Assembly: GCA_963666275.2 (NCBI GenBank)
Contig: CAXXOA010000002.1
Location: 2,048,001 to 2,112,000, forward strand
From: Oceanispirochaeta sp.
GTDB lineage: Bacteria; Spirochaetota; Spirochaetia; DSM-2461
DNA length: 64,000 nucleotides
Direction: 5' to 3'
Shown: positions 1 through 9,712 of the stretch, in pieces
How the letters are laid out: each line of letters starts with the position of its first letter
Numbering within the stretch: position 1 is the first letter of the stretch
The notes under the pieces: model-generated
What the model was told of the DNA's origin: nothing
Databases searched by the model: none
The model's input: only the letters and a program-made list of their open reading frames with translations
Made by a program: the position numbers and the translations under genes

Positions 1-2572
1 CCCTGTACCCCAGCTCTCCCACCAGGACCTTCCTCTGAAGAAAAAAGACATCCTCCTTCTCTTTTTCCTCCCTGGCTATGACAAAGCGGATTTTCCATTT
101 GTCACGGGACTCCAGAGGCAGATCAATGGTCACCACAGTACCTTTACCAATAAGGCTGTCAATTTTTATCCGGCCACCCATTTCCGTCACTAACTGATGG
201 GTGATACTCAAACCCAGTCCTGTTCCGCCTTCCCTGTTTTTCGTTGTGAAGAAGGGATCGAACAGTCTGTCCAGATTCTCTTTTTCTATCCCTATCCCTG
301 TATCTTTTATAGTGATCCTGGCATTGAAATCATCGTTTTTACAGCTTAGAGAGAGGGTACCGCCGTTTGGCATGGACTGGACTGCGTTGGTTATGAGGTT
401 TATAAACACCTGCTGCAGACTATTGGGATTGATCTCCACTTCCGGGATCGGTTCCAGATCCTTCTCTATGGTTATGTTTTTAAAAGGCATACCCCTCTCA
501 GCCATTCTCAATGAGTTTTCCAATACGAAAGGTATCTCCACATGATTGGTGGCATCTTTCTCGGTGCGGGAGTAGATGGTCAGATCTTTCAGAACAGAGG
601 CTGCATTCATGGAATAGTTAATAATATCATTTGTCAGTTCATACAGAGGCGAATCTTTCTCAAGCTGATCCTGGATAATCTCTGCTGTTCCCAGGATTCC
701 CCCCAGGGGATTGTTTATTTCATGGGCGATACCCGATGCCATTGTTCCTATTCCGGCCAGTTTTCCTGACTGAATCAGATCGGCCTGGAGCTTTTTCTGC
801 TGGGTCACGTCCTGGAAGAATTCCAGAAACAGCTTGGTTTCGTTTTCAGGGACAGAGATGGGATAGAAATGGACATTGAAGGTTATGCCGCTTTTCTCAT
901 GATTCAGTTCGGATTCAAAGGGCAGCTGCGTATGCAGACAGTCCTGGGCCAGGCAGTTGGCGCAGGGTTTGGACTGGTTGAAAAATACCTGGTAGCATTT
1001 CTGTCCCACCAGTTCGTCGTACCGGGCCTGAAAGTATTTGGTCGCTGCAAAATTGACCATAATGATGTTGTAGTTGATATCCTGGATGGCAATCGGCGTG
1101 GTGATTCCGTCAAAAAATGCTTCCAGTTTATTCCGGCTGATGGTCAGTTCCCTGTTGAGAGTCTGAAGCTTCTTCTGCTGATTCCGCAGCCGTTCAAAGG
1201 AGATGGCATTTTCCAGGGTCAGGGCGCACTGGCCCCTGAGAATCTCCAGAGTATCCAGGTCAAACTGGTTGTAGAAATCCCTGTCTTCACTTTTTCCCAG
1301 CAGAAGGTAGCCGTTGGTTCTGTTTTTGAATGTCAGGGGCATCACAAGGCTTAAGGGGAGAATGAGGGTCGTCTCGGGAAGTTTCAGTACCAGAGGCCTG
1401 TAGGAGCAGCGGTTTGATTCTTCCAGGCTGAGGTCCCTGTTGAACTCTCTGATCGCTTCCGGCTCAAAATGGAGGTCCTCCTCTAGAGAATGCTCGATCC
1501 CCTGATAACCGAAAACCATATACTTTCCGGTAGAGTAGTCCTGAACGATCATGGCAGACCAGTTCAGTTTATAGGAAGTGGCAATCTTTTCAGTGGTGAG
1601 TTCTCCCAGTAGCCTCAGATCTACCAGAGAATTGAGGCTGTGAGAGAAGGTTTTCAGATCCTGAAAGGCGTGAAATCTCTTTCCCAGATAGAGCTTTTCT
1701 ATCAATGAGAGGGTCCCTTTCCGCAGAGGCTGGAATATGATCGTTACCACCACTCCGAACAGGAGGGAGATCAGATAGGCCTCTCTGTGAGAGGAAAAGG
1801 CATCATCTGAGAGAGAGAGGATCCAGAAGGAAAAGTAGAAGATCGAACTGCTTATCATCACAAGGATCGCAAGCAGTATGGTTCTCAGGACAATGGTTGA
1901 GTAGTTAATCAGTTTGTAGTTGTAGATCGCATAAAAAATAAAAAAGGCATTCAGAGTTGTTCCCAGGATATCAATGGGGTACTTTCCCAGTGGTTCGTAC
2001 AGATTGACCAGTACACTGATGAGCAGCATGATCACACCGTACATGGGATAGCGGATTTTGCGCTGAAGGGATTTGTTATCAGCCCTGTAGAGCTGTATGC
2101 TCAGATGAATTAAAGCAAAAATGATGTATATGTAACAGAGAGAGTATGTCAGAATGGCTCTGTCGGCCAGGGAATAGGTAAACTGGTTGTTTATAAAACC
2201 AGCATATTCCACGATCCTTCCGGAAAAGTTAAATATCAGTAGGATGAAATAGATGGAATACCCTGTGAAAAGCATAAATAGAGACATCTTTTTCCGCAGG
2301 TCTCCGGTCATATTGAGAAGGGCATGGAACATAGTAATCGGGACGCCAAGCATTCCGATCATCATGATTCTGTTCCAGTGAAGGGGTGTGAGTATCGCAA
2401 AATTGGCATGCATCATGAAAGAGCTGAAACTCCATATAGTCATCATGAGCATATAGAAAATAAACGTGAGGGAGCCCTTTTCCTTTCTTCCCTGAATGAT
2501 TCCGAAAAGGGTAAACACTATGTAGAGGATGGAAGTCATTGCAGGTATAATTGTTGAAAGATCCAGGAACAT
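1..2572 (-). CDS. Membrane sensor histidine kinase (N-terminal multi-TM region, GAF-like, PAS, HisKA, HATPase) with an extra C-terminal domain; runs off the window edge
   Basis: Absent from the ORF track, consistent with no stop inside the window. Translated by hand from ATG 2572 (MFLDLSTIIPAMTSIL...). H-box GKLAGIGTMASGIAHEINNPL near 700-770 and G2 box GGTGLGLSITHQLV near 190-230 are in the same frame. Confidence 0.9.
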   Translation of the reverse strand, partial: MFLDLSTIIPAMTSILYIVFTLFGIIQGRKEKGSLTFIFYMLMMTIWSFSSFMMHANFAILTPLHWNRIMMIGMLGVPITMFHALLNMTGDLRKKMSLFMLFTGYSIYFILLIFNFSGRIVEYAGFINNQFTYSLADRAILTYSLCYIYIIFALIHLSIQLYRADNKSLQRKIRYPMYGVIMLLISVLVNLYEPLGKYPIDILGTTLNAFFIFYAIYNYKLINYSTIVLRTILLAILVMISSSIFYFSFWILSLSDDAFSSHREAYLISLLFGVVVTIIFQPLRKGTLSLIEKLYLGKRFHAFQDLKTFSHSLNSLVDLRLLGELTTEKIATSYKLNWSAMIVQDYSTGKYMVFGYQGIEHSLEEDLHFEPEAIREFNRDLSLEESNRCSYRPLVLKLPETTLILPLSLVMPLTFKNRTNGYLLLGKSEDRDFYNQFDLDTLEILRGQCALTLENAISFERLRNQQKKLQTLNRELTISRNKLEAFFDGITTPIAIQDINYNIIMVNFAATKYFQARYDELVGQKCYQVFFNQSKPCANCLAQDCLHTQLPFESELNHEKSGITFNVHFYPISVPENETKLFLEFFQDVTQQKKLQADLIQSGKLAGIGTMASGIAHEINNPLGGILGTAEIIQDQLEKDSPLYELTNDIINYSMNAASVLKDLTIYSRTEKDATNHVEIPFVLENSLRMAERGMPFKNITIEKDLEPIPEVEINPNSLQQVFINLITNAVQSMPNGGTLSLSCKNDDFNARITIKDTGIGIEKENLDRLFDPFFTTKNREGGTGLGLSITHQLVTEMGGRIKIDSLIGKGTVVTIDLPLESRDKWKIRFVIAREEKEKEDVFFLQRKVLVGELGYR

Positions 2573-2644
2573 TAGTGACGAACCCCTTATTATTCTTTAT
2601 AATATTAACAATCTTTGGAAATTATAGCATTTTTTTTTAAAATT

Positions 2645-3184
2645 ATGTTTCATATAGCAGGAAGTACAATCTTTTTTATCTGCCTCTGCTTGTCTGATTA
2701 CAGTCAGGTCAAAAGAAAAAAATACGCCATTGTACTCTCTTCAATACTGGCCTACGGAGGTCTGGCTATTGTTCTGATCTCCCTGGGCCGGGAGCAGATG
2801 ATGGCTCCGGGAAGCGGCTCTTTTTTCTGGGGGAAAACCCTGCTACTCGCTCTGGCGGGCCTTTCACTTTTCTATGTGCTGTTTATTGAAATATCTCTTT
2901 TTTCCGAGATCTCCTCCACCGGGGAGCGCCTGGTTTTCAGGCGGGGGACATACAGTCTTGTCAGACACCCCGGATTCTACCCTTTTATGCTTCTCATCGC
3001 CTCTCTCTATCTCTATAGTCCCGGCTGGAGCTTCCTTTTAAAGGGTGTATACCTGATCCTGTTGAATCTTCTGACTATATATCTGGAAGACCGATTTTTT
3101 TTCCCCCGTTTATTCCGGGATTATAACGATTATAAGACCAGTGTCCCTTTTCTTCTTCCGGGAATGAAAAAGGGTGAAAGGTAG
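2645..3184 (+). CDS. Isoprenylcysteine carboxylmethyltransferase / PEMT-family membrane methyltransferase
   Basis: Hydrophobic helices, GTYSLVRHPG motif and C-terminal E-D...Y..Y...VP.LLP. Start uncertain (TTG 2615 or ATG 2645). Confidence 0.75.
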   Translation: MFHIAGSTIFFICLCLSDYSQVKRKKYAIVLSSILAYGGLAIVLISLGREQMMAPGSGSFFWGKTLLLALAGLSLFYVLFIEISLFSEISSTGERLVFRRGTYSLVRHPGFYPFMLLIASLYLYSPGWSFLLKGVYLILLNLLTIYLEDRFFFPRLFRDYNDYKTSVPFLLPGMKKGER

Positions 3185-3187
3185 AGT

Positions 3188-4264
3188 ATGTTTAACAATC
3201 TAAAAAACAATATTCTCATCGTTGATGACGATAGAGCCATACAGAAAGTGCTTGGCATTATTCTGGAAACAGCCGGGTATAATATCCTTCAGGCTGAGTG
3301 TGCGGAAGATGCCCTTGAAATCCTTGAAAAAACTGAAATAGCTCCCGATTCCATCCTTTCGGATATACGGATGCCCGGTATGAGCGGCCTTGAGCTTCTG
3401 AGCATCCTGACAGACAGGTTCCCTCTGGTGCCGGTTATCATGCTGACAGCCCATACGGACCTTGATACGGGCCTGACGGCCATGAAAAGAGGAGCCTTTG
3501 ACTACATAACGAAACCGGTCCGGAAAGCCGTACTGCTGGATCTTCTGGAGAAGAGTCTGGATCATAAAATGATTCTGGAAGAGAATCACAGACTCAAGCT
3601 GGAGAATCAGAAGTACCAGGAGGAGCTTGAGGACCGGGTAGAGCAGAGAACCCGCGAATTGCGGCTGGCCTATGACAAGCTGAAAGATACAAACCTGGTT
3701 ACAGTCAAAGTCCTGGCCGAAACCATAGAAGCGAAAGATCCCTACACCAGGGGGCATAGCAACAGGGTGAGAGGATTCGCCCGTGAAATGGCCCTGAAAA
3801 TGGGGCTTTCCTGTCATGACATAGAGATTCTGGAGTACGGAGCCCTTCTTCATGACATTGGAAAAATCGGAATACCCGAAGGGCTTCTCCACAAGGAACA
3901 GCCTTTGGATCAGGAAGAGAAAAAGATATTTCAGGATCATCCCGGAATAGGAGAAAATATCCTGAAGGTGGTGGATTTTTTCGCCCCCTGCCTGCCCATC
4001 GTCAAACAGCATCATGAATGGTACAACGGTCAGGGCTATCCGGCAGGCCTGAAAGGGTCGGAAACAGATCTTCTGGCCAGGATTGTTCAGGTTGCCGACT
4101 CTTTTGATGCCATGACAACCAACAGACCCTACAGAAACGCTCTCCCCCGGGATGAGGCTATAAAGGAACTGGAAGCCGGAAAAGGCAGTCAGTTTGATCC
4201 TGAACTGGTTCATCTCTTCATACAGTCGGGAATATACAGCCTGGATCCGGATCTTTCCCTCTGA
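3188..4264 (+). CDS. Response regulator with HD-GYP phosphodiesterase (RpfG-like)
   Basis: REC domain (ILIVDDD, SDIRMPGMSG, KP), YTRGHS, LHDIGKIG, HHEWYNGQGYP, ADSFDAMTTNRPYR. Confidence 0.95.
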   Translation: MFNNLKNNILIVDDDRAIQKVLGIILETAGYNILQAECAEDALEILEKTEIAPDSILSDIRMPGMSGLELLSILTDRFPLVPVIMLTAHTDLDTGLTAMKRGAFDYITKPVRKAVLLDLLEKSLDHKMILEENHRLKLENQKYQEELEDRVEQRTRELRLAYDKLKDTNLVTVKVLAETIEAKDPYTRGHSNRVRGFAREMALKMGLSCHDIEILEYGALLHDIGKIGIPEGLLHKEQPLDQEEKKIFQDHPGIGENILKVVDFFAPCLPIVKQHHEWYNGQGYPAGLKGSETDLLARIVQVADSFDAMTTNRPYRNALPRDEAIKELEAGKGSQFDPELVHLFIQSGIYSLDPDLSL

Positions 4265-4277
4265 ATGGCCCGGACCT

Positions 4278-5255
4278 TCAGAGTAGAAAGGGAATCAGGT
4301 TCTTCAGACAGAAGGCGATCCAGGGAACTACTGGTACCATCAGCACCATTGTCAGTATCCAGGCTGTGTTGGCATAATCCAGATCCAGACCGTAAAGGCT
4401 GGCGGGCATAATCGAGACAAATCCTGCGGGCATGGAAGAGAGTATGAATATTGTCATCAGGGGGACTCCCCCCATGATCTCCCCCATTCCCAGAAGGTAG
4501 GAACCGATGGTTATGGTCAGCGGTACAAGAAGGAATTTGATACCCCCGACACTCAGGGCAGAGACAAGATGACCTTTCATATTTCTGAAGTCCATTCCCA
4601 TACCAATGGATACAAGCAGAATGGAAGACATCAGCGGTATGAGAATATTATTGATTGAGCCGTAAAGGACCGGTCTGGTGAATCCCTGAAGGTTCAGAAC
4701 AAATCCCAGAGCGATACTGGACATGGACAGAAGGATGACCGGATCTTTAAAAATACCTCCCGGAGATCTGTTCTGCTCTTTTCCGGTTTTTCCGAACAGG
4801 GCGGCTATGGGAAATCCCAGGCCGAAGTACATGACAGGTTCCAGGAGTTTGTACAGAGGCATCAGAACAAATCCGGCTTCTCCCAGCATGGTGAAGACAA
4901 CCAGTCCTCCCACAGATCCTATATTGGTATAGTAGCTTACACAGAAGTGACTTCCCCTCCGGGGGAGCGGCATTCTCCGTAAACGGGTATACAAAATGGA
5001 ATAGACCCCTCCCAGAGAGATAGCGGCGACTCCTATGACTGGCAATAGAAGGATCTGTCTGTCCTCCAGAGGGAGAATCCAGGTTGCCCCGATCAGTACT
5101 AGGGGGTTCATAAACAGAAAACAGGACTTCTGGAGTCCCTTTCTGATCGTGTCCTCTCTGCTCCGGGATACCGCTGCTTTCTGCAGAATATATCTGAGAA
5201 GGATTCCTGCGGTCAGACTTGCCAGTATCAGTATAACGGGAAAAATCAGTTGCAT
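4278..5255 (-). CDS. AEC (auxin efflux carrier / malate permease) family membrane transporter
   Basis: About 10 TM helices, N.G..GG motif, IKFLLVP and SSMPAG crossover motifs. Confidence 0.7.
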   Translation of the reverse strand: MQLIFPVILILASLTAGILLRYILQKAAVSRSREDTIRKGLQKSCFLFMNPLVLIGATWILPLEDRQILLLPVIGVAAISLGGVYSILYTRLRRMPLPRRGSHFCVSYYTNIGSVGGLVVFTMLGEAGFVLMPLYKLLEPVMYFGLGFPIAALFGKTGKEQNRSPGGIFKDPVILLSMSSIALGFVLNLQGFTRPVLYGSINNILIPLMSSILLVSIGMGMDFRNMKGHLVSALSVGGIKFLLVPLTITIGSYLLGMGEIMGGVPLMTIFILSSMPAGFVSIMPASLYGLDLDYANTAWILTMVLMVPVVPWIAFCLKNLIPFLL

Positions 5256-5287
5256 AGGTTCAGTTTAGAATTTTCCGGAGTCTCATT

Positions 5288-6025
5288 CTACTCTGTGATT
5301 CCAAGCTCATTCAGGAAACCCTCCAGGGAGGTATTGGCAATCAGATCTTCGGGAAAATTGACTTCCGCAAGAATTTTTTCACAGTAGGATACGTCTCCCA
5401 CATGCTCGCTGAAGTGGGCATCACTCCCCAGAGTTATTTTCACTCCCTGGGTTCTGCAGTGTTTCAGCATTTCCCTGTAGGTTTCTGCAGCTCCCGAACG
5501 GAATGATCCCGGCTTGAGGCTGGAATTGTTCATTTCAAGAAGGGTTCCTGTCTCTCCCGCGGCCCGGACCAGGGCGGAGATGTCGTAGGGAAATCTTCCG
5601 TCATCGGGATGGGCAATTATCTTTACATAGGGGTTCCGGGCGGCGTTCACATAGGCCCTTGTATTTTCCTCCACCGTACCGGGGGTGAATGTGGGGATGT
5701 GGAACGAAGCGATCACGACTTCCAGTTCCTGAAGAAGCTCCTCTTCCACGTCGATTTCTCCCCGTTCATTGATAATATTGGCTTCTATTCCCCTGAACAT
5801 GGTTACATTCTGGATTTTCCGGGGGAGTACCCGGGAGTTGTAGAAGTGGAATATATGGGGGCCGCCGGGCATTCCGGGGCTGTGATCGGTCAGTATGAAG
5901 GCGGGAAGGCCTTTTTCAGAAGCTGCTTTTGCCATCTCCTGAATCGAAGAGTAGGCATGGCCGGAGGCCAGTGAATGGGTATGGGTATCAATTGCTATCA
6001 TACCGGTCAGTGTTGCTTTTTTCAT
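5288..6025 (-). CDS. PHP-family phosphatase (YcdX-like)
   Basis: DTHTHSLASGHAYS, TDH, GIEANI, SFH, AHP, EMNNSS, GSDAH metal-binding motifs. Confidence 0.9.
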   Translation of the reverse strand: MKKATLTGMIAIDTHTHSLASGHAYSSIQEMAKAASEKGLPAFILTDHSPGMPGGPHIFHFYNSRVLPRKIQNVTMFRGIEANIINERGEIDVEEELLQELEVVIASFHIPTFTPGTVEENTRAYVNAARNPYVKIIAHPDDGRFPYDISALVRAAGETGTLLEMNNSSLKPGSFRSGAAETYREMLKHCRTQGVKITLGSDAHFSEHVGDVSYCEKILAEVNFPEDLIANTSLEGFLNELGITE

Positions 6026-6150
6026 GAAAAGTTACAAGCTGTCTTTCCGGTCGGATCCTTTGTGTTTCCATTTGAATTTCCCTGTTCTCTCACTTAATAT
6101 TTAAAGGAAATTAAAAATAGAAAGCAGCAGAAAAAGGACAGCAGACCGAT

Positions 6151-7266
6151 ATGGAAGGAATAAAAACGTCAGAAGAGAAAAAATCTGCATCCGGGATGGC
6201 TGTAAAAATCCTGGTTTCTGTCTGTTTCCTTTCGGGTTTGTATCTGACTACCAGAGTCAATTATCTCCTTTTTCATGTGGTGGCTGAAATTTTCAGTATT
6301 GTTATTGCGTTTTCCCTGTATGTGATCAGCTGGAATTCCAGGCAGTATATAAAAAAACAGTTTTTTCTGATCCTGGGAATCGCCTATCTTTTTATTGCTT
6401 TTATAGACCTTCTGCACACTCTGAGTTACACCGGAATGGGTATCTTTCCGCAGCAGCATTTCTATGCGAACCAGCTGTGGATTGCCGGCAGGTTTATGGA
6501 GAGTCTGACCCTTCTGATCTCCCTTTTCTGGTTCAGAGACAGGATCGAAAAATCCGAGTACCCCCTCTTCCTTTTTTATCTTGTGATTACAGGGGTCATC
6601 GTATATACCATTTTCGTGTCCCATATCTTTCCTGTCTGTTTTATTCCAGGCATAGGACAGACAAGGTTTAAAATCATAAGCGAGTATTTTATCATAGCCT
6701 TTCTCATCTGTGCCTATCTGCTTCTCAGGTTTAGGAAAAAACAGTTTGACCGGAAGGTGTTTCTCTATATACAGATTTCCATAGGGATGACCATACTGTC
6801 GGAGTTTGCCTTTACCCAGTATGTGAGCAATTACGGCTCGGCCAATCTGATCGGACATTTTCTGAAGATTTTCTCTTTCTACTACATCTATAGATCCATT
6901 ATTAAAACCAGTATCACGAAACCTTTTGATCTGATTTTTCTCGAGGTTGATGAGCTGAATGCCCGTCTCAATAGAGAGCTGGAACTGAAGACGGCAAAAG
7001 AGATCGAGAATGAAAAGCTTATAAAGGAACTGAAAGAGGCTCTGGAAAATGTAAAGGAGCTGAAAGGTCTCCTTCCGGTCTGTTCCTCCTGCCGGAAAGT
7101 CCGGGATGATGACGGTTACTGGGAAAACCTGGATATCTATATTTCAAAATATACAGATACAAGCATTTCCCATAGCCTGTGCCCCGACTGTGTAAAAAAA
7201 CTCTATCCGGAACTGCAGGAAAAAATTCTGAAAATGCAGAAGCACCGGAAGGAGGACGAGGATTAG
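6151..7266 (+). CDS. MASE3 membrane-sensor protein with C-terminal Cys/His (CxxC...HxxCxxC) domain
   Basis: NYLLFH..AE.FS, DLLHTLSY.GMG, NQLWIAGR, GHFLK typical of MASE3; ends LKGLLPVCSSCRKVRDDDGYW...SHSLCPDC. Confidence 0.85.
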   Translation: MEGIKTSEEKKSASGMAVKILVSVCFLSGLYLTTRVNYLLFHVVAEIFSIVIAFSLYVISWNSRQYIKKQFFLILGIAYLFIAFIDLLHTLSYTGMGIFPQQHFYANQLWIAGRFMESLTLLISLFWFRDRIEKSEYPLFLFYLVITGVIVYTIFVSHIFPVCFIPGIGQTRFKIISEYFIIAFLICAYLLLRFRKKQFDRKVFLYIQISIGMTILSEFAFTQYVSNYGSANLIGHFLKIFSFYYIYRSIIKTSITKPFDLIFLEVDELNARLNRELELKTAKEIENEKLIKELKEALENVKELKGLLPVCSSCRKVRDDDGYWENLDIYISKYTDTSISHSLCPDCVKKLYPELQEKILKMQKHRKEDED

Positions 7267-7289
7267 AGCGGGAGCAGGGTAAAAGAAAA

Positions 7290-7350
7290 CCCACCATCAT
7301 TCAGACTGGTGGGCTTGCCGTTTCTGAGAACCGGAGAGAGTCTCCGGTTT
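7290..7350. terminator. Two hairpins between convergent genes, probable terminators
   Basis: CCCACCA..TGGTGGG (7290-7313) and AACCGGAGA-gag-TCTCCGGTT followed by T's. Confidence 0.55.
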
Positions 7351-7356
7351 TTCTGC

Positions 7357-8664
7357 CTACTGGCTGCTTCCGGACCTTTTCGGTTTGAATCCTGATCTGG
7401 ATCCGGCATAGTTCCGTTTGGCTCTGGAAGGGCCCGAGTTCCCAGAACTGTCAGTTTGCCCCTGTTTATGAGGCCTTCTTTTATGCTCCGGTCTGTTGGC
7501 CCGGTTGGATTCCGCAACGGGTTCTGCCTGGGTAATGACAGGGGTAAAACCTTTGGCTTTGGCCATAGGAACAGACTGTCCGATCAGTTTTTCAATATCT
7601 TTGAGCTGGCTCCGCTCTTCCGCAGATATGAATGAAATAGCCAGTCCGGATTCTCCGGCACGTCCGGTTCTTCCGATCCGATGCACATAGTCTTCGGGCA
7701 TCTGGGGCAGGTCAAAATTTACTACATAGCTCAGCCCCTGAAGATCCAGGCCTCTCGCCGCAACATTGGTGGCGATCAGAGCCTGCAGGTCTCCGGTTTT
7801 AAACTCTTTGAGAGCTCTAGTCCTGGCTCCCTGGCTTTTATCTCCATGGATGGCCGATGAGGGAATGCCTTCCTTGTTCAGCTGTTTTGCCAGCCGGTTG
7901 GCTCCGTGTTTTGTTCTGACGAATACAAGTACCTGATACCAGGATTCGGTCTTGATGAGATGGGAAAGAAGATAGCGCTTCTGTTTCTTGTCTACACTGT
8001 AGGCAACCTGTTCCACCTTCTCGGCAGTCTGGTTGTTCTCGTTTACCTCAACAAGGACAGGCTTGTGAAGAAGGGTATTGCAGAGGGCTTTGATCTTTTT
8101 ATCATAGGTTGCCGAAAACATCAGATTCTGCCTTTGCGAGGGAAGAACTTTGATGATTTTCTGGATATCTTTGATAAATCCCATATCCAGCATCCTGTCT
8201 GCTTCATCCAGTATCAGAAATTCAATCCTGCTCAGATCCAGAGTCTGCTGCTGAAGGTGGTCGAGAAGTCGTCCCGGAGTGGCAACAAGAATATCGCATC
8301 CCTTCTGCAGCTGATGAATCTGAGGATTTATTTTTACACCGCCGAAGATGGTCTGGGTCCGGTAGGGAAGGTTGGCACTGTAGTTCTGAAAGCTTTCGCC
8401 CACCTGGGCTGCCAGCTCTCTTGTGGGAGTCAGTACCAGGACTCTCGGCTGTTTCTGTTTTTTTCCGCCCCGGCTCAGAAGTTCCAGAACGGGAAGGGCA
8501 AAGGCCGCTGTTTTTCCCGTTCCTGTTTGTGCTCCCGCCAGAATATCCCTTTTTTTAAGGATCGGGGGAATTGCTTCGGCCTGTATGGGGGTAGGCATCG
8601 TATAGCCTTGGGTCTCCAGAGCCTGCAGTATTTCAGGCCGGAGATTGAAATCATTAAATGTCAT
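7357..8664 (-). CDS. rhlE: DEAD-box RNA helicase (RhlE-like)
   Basis: Q motif, AQTGTGKT, PTRELA, TPGRL, DEAD, SAT, HRIGRTGR. ATG 8664 follows an AGGAG RBS. Confidence 0.9.
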   Translation of the reverse strand: MTFNDFNLRPEILQALETQGYTMPTPIQAEAIPPILKKRDILAGAQTGTGKTAAFALPVLELLSRGGKKQKQPRVLVLTPTRELAAQVGESFQNYSANLPYRTQTIFGGVKINPQIHQLQKGCDILVATPGRLLDHLQQQTLDLSRIEFLILDEADRMLDMGFIKDIQKIIKVLPSQRQNLMFSATYDKKIKALCNTLLHKPVLVEVNENNQTAEKVEQVAYSVDKKQKRYLLSHLIKTESWYQVLVFVRTKHGANRLAKQLNKEGIPSSAIHGDKSQGARTRALKEFKTGDLQALIATNVAARGLDLQGLSYVVNFDLPQMPEDYVHRIGRTGRAGESGLAISFISAEERSQLKDIEKLIGQSVPMAKAKGFTPVITQAEPVAESNRANRPEHKRRPHKQGQTDSSGNSGPSRAKRNYAGSRSGFKPKRSGSSQ

Positions 8665-8774
8665 TAATTCTCCTGTGAACGAGTATCCTAACAGGATTTT
8701 CATTTCCAAGATAGGGCGGGAAAAGGAATCTTCTCTTTATTGGAGCAAATAGGAGGGGATTTCACGGGAATTTG

Positions 8775-8812
8775 AGAAAAAACCCAGCTGAAAAAGGGGG
8801 GGGGTCCAGCTG
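8775..8812 (-). terminator. Rho-independent terminator of the SOD gene
   Basis: Minus strand CCAGCTG...CAGCTGG followed by GTTTTTT, just after the stop at 8831. Confidence 0.6.
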
Positions 8813-8830
8813 GATCCGGCAATATTTACC

Positions 8831-9439
8831 TCAGGAAATCTTACTATAGAGTTCTTCCGCTTTCTTCCAGTTGATCACATTGAAAAAGCTTTCGATATAT
8901 TCGGGCCTCCTGTTCTGAAACTTCAGATAGTAGGCATGTTCCCACACATCCAGTCCCAGAACCGGTGTCAGTCCCTGACTGATCGGATTATCCTGGTTTG
9001 CCGTGGACATAACGGAGAGAACGCCGGCTTTATCACTGACAAGCCAGGCCCATCCGCTGCCGAATCGGGTTGCCGCGGCATTGGAAAATTCTTCTTTGAA
9101 TTCGTCAAAGGAACCGAAGGCCGATCTGATGCCTTCCAGAAGTTTTCCCTCCGGTTGTCCTCCCCCCTCAGGTGAGAGCCACTGCCAGAAGAGGGCGTGA
9201 TTATAGTGACCGCCGCCGTTGTTTCTGACGGCTGTCTGGATCTTATCCGGCAGAGCATCCAGATTTCCCAGAAGCTCCTCTATGGGGCGGGAGGTATATT
9301 CGCTTCCCTCAAGGGCAGCATTGAGCTTGGCAGTATAGCCCGTATGATGTTTATCGTGGTGAATCTCCATGGTCTGTCTGTCGATATATGGTTCCAATGC
9401 ATCATAGGCATAAGGTAGATCAGGTGTTTTAAAAGTCAT
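8831..9439 (-). CDS. sodA: Superoxide dismutase, Mn-type signature
   Basis: [37 protein letters not shown]. Confidence 0.95.
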   Translation of the reverse strand: MTFKTPDLPYAYDALEPYIDRQTMEIHHDKHHTGYTAKLNAALEGSEYTSRPIEELLGNLDALPDKIQTAVRNNGGGHYNHALFWQWLSPEGGGQPEGKLLEGIRSAFGSFDEFKEEFSNAAATRFGSGWAWLVSDKAGVLSVMSTANQDNPISQGLTPVLGLDVWEHAYYLKFQNRRPEYIESFFNVINWKKAEELYSKIS

Positions 9440-9712
9440 ATATTACTCCTTGAAAAGTTATATAATAGTAAAATAGTAATAAATAGAGAAAAAGAAAAGG
9501 ACGTTTTCTGGAAAAATTGGAAAATCGAACAAAGTTATTATAAACTAACTATGTGAAGCTGTTGCCATTCATTTGTCTTCTCTGATTTCAGCAGCTATTC
9601 TCACGCTTTAACCAGAGACCCTTTGAACCGCAGGAGAAGAATTTTATGTAAATTGCCTTCTTTTTTGTAATAGAATGATAATAAGGCTCAATGCAGAAGA
9701 GGGATAGATATT

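Noticed and set aside
201..2557. Several short ORFs listed in the first 2.5 kb
   Set aside because: All overlap the long minus-strand kinase frame that the track omitted.
8796..8804. G9 homopolymer as a phase-variation tract
   Set aside because: It lies in the loop of the sodA terminator hairpin, with no evidence of a promoter or coding role.
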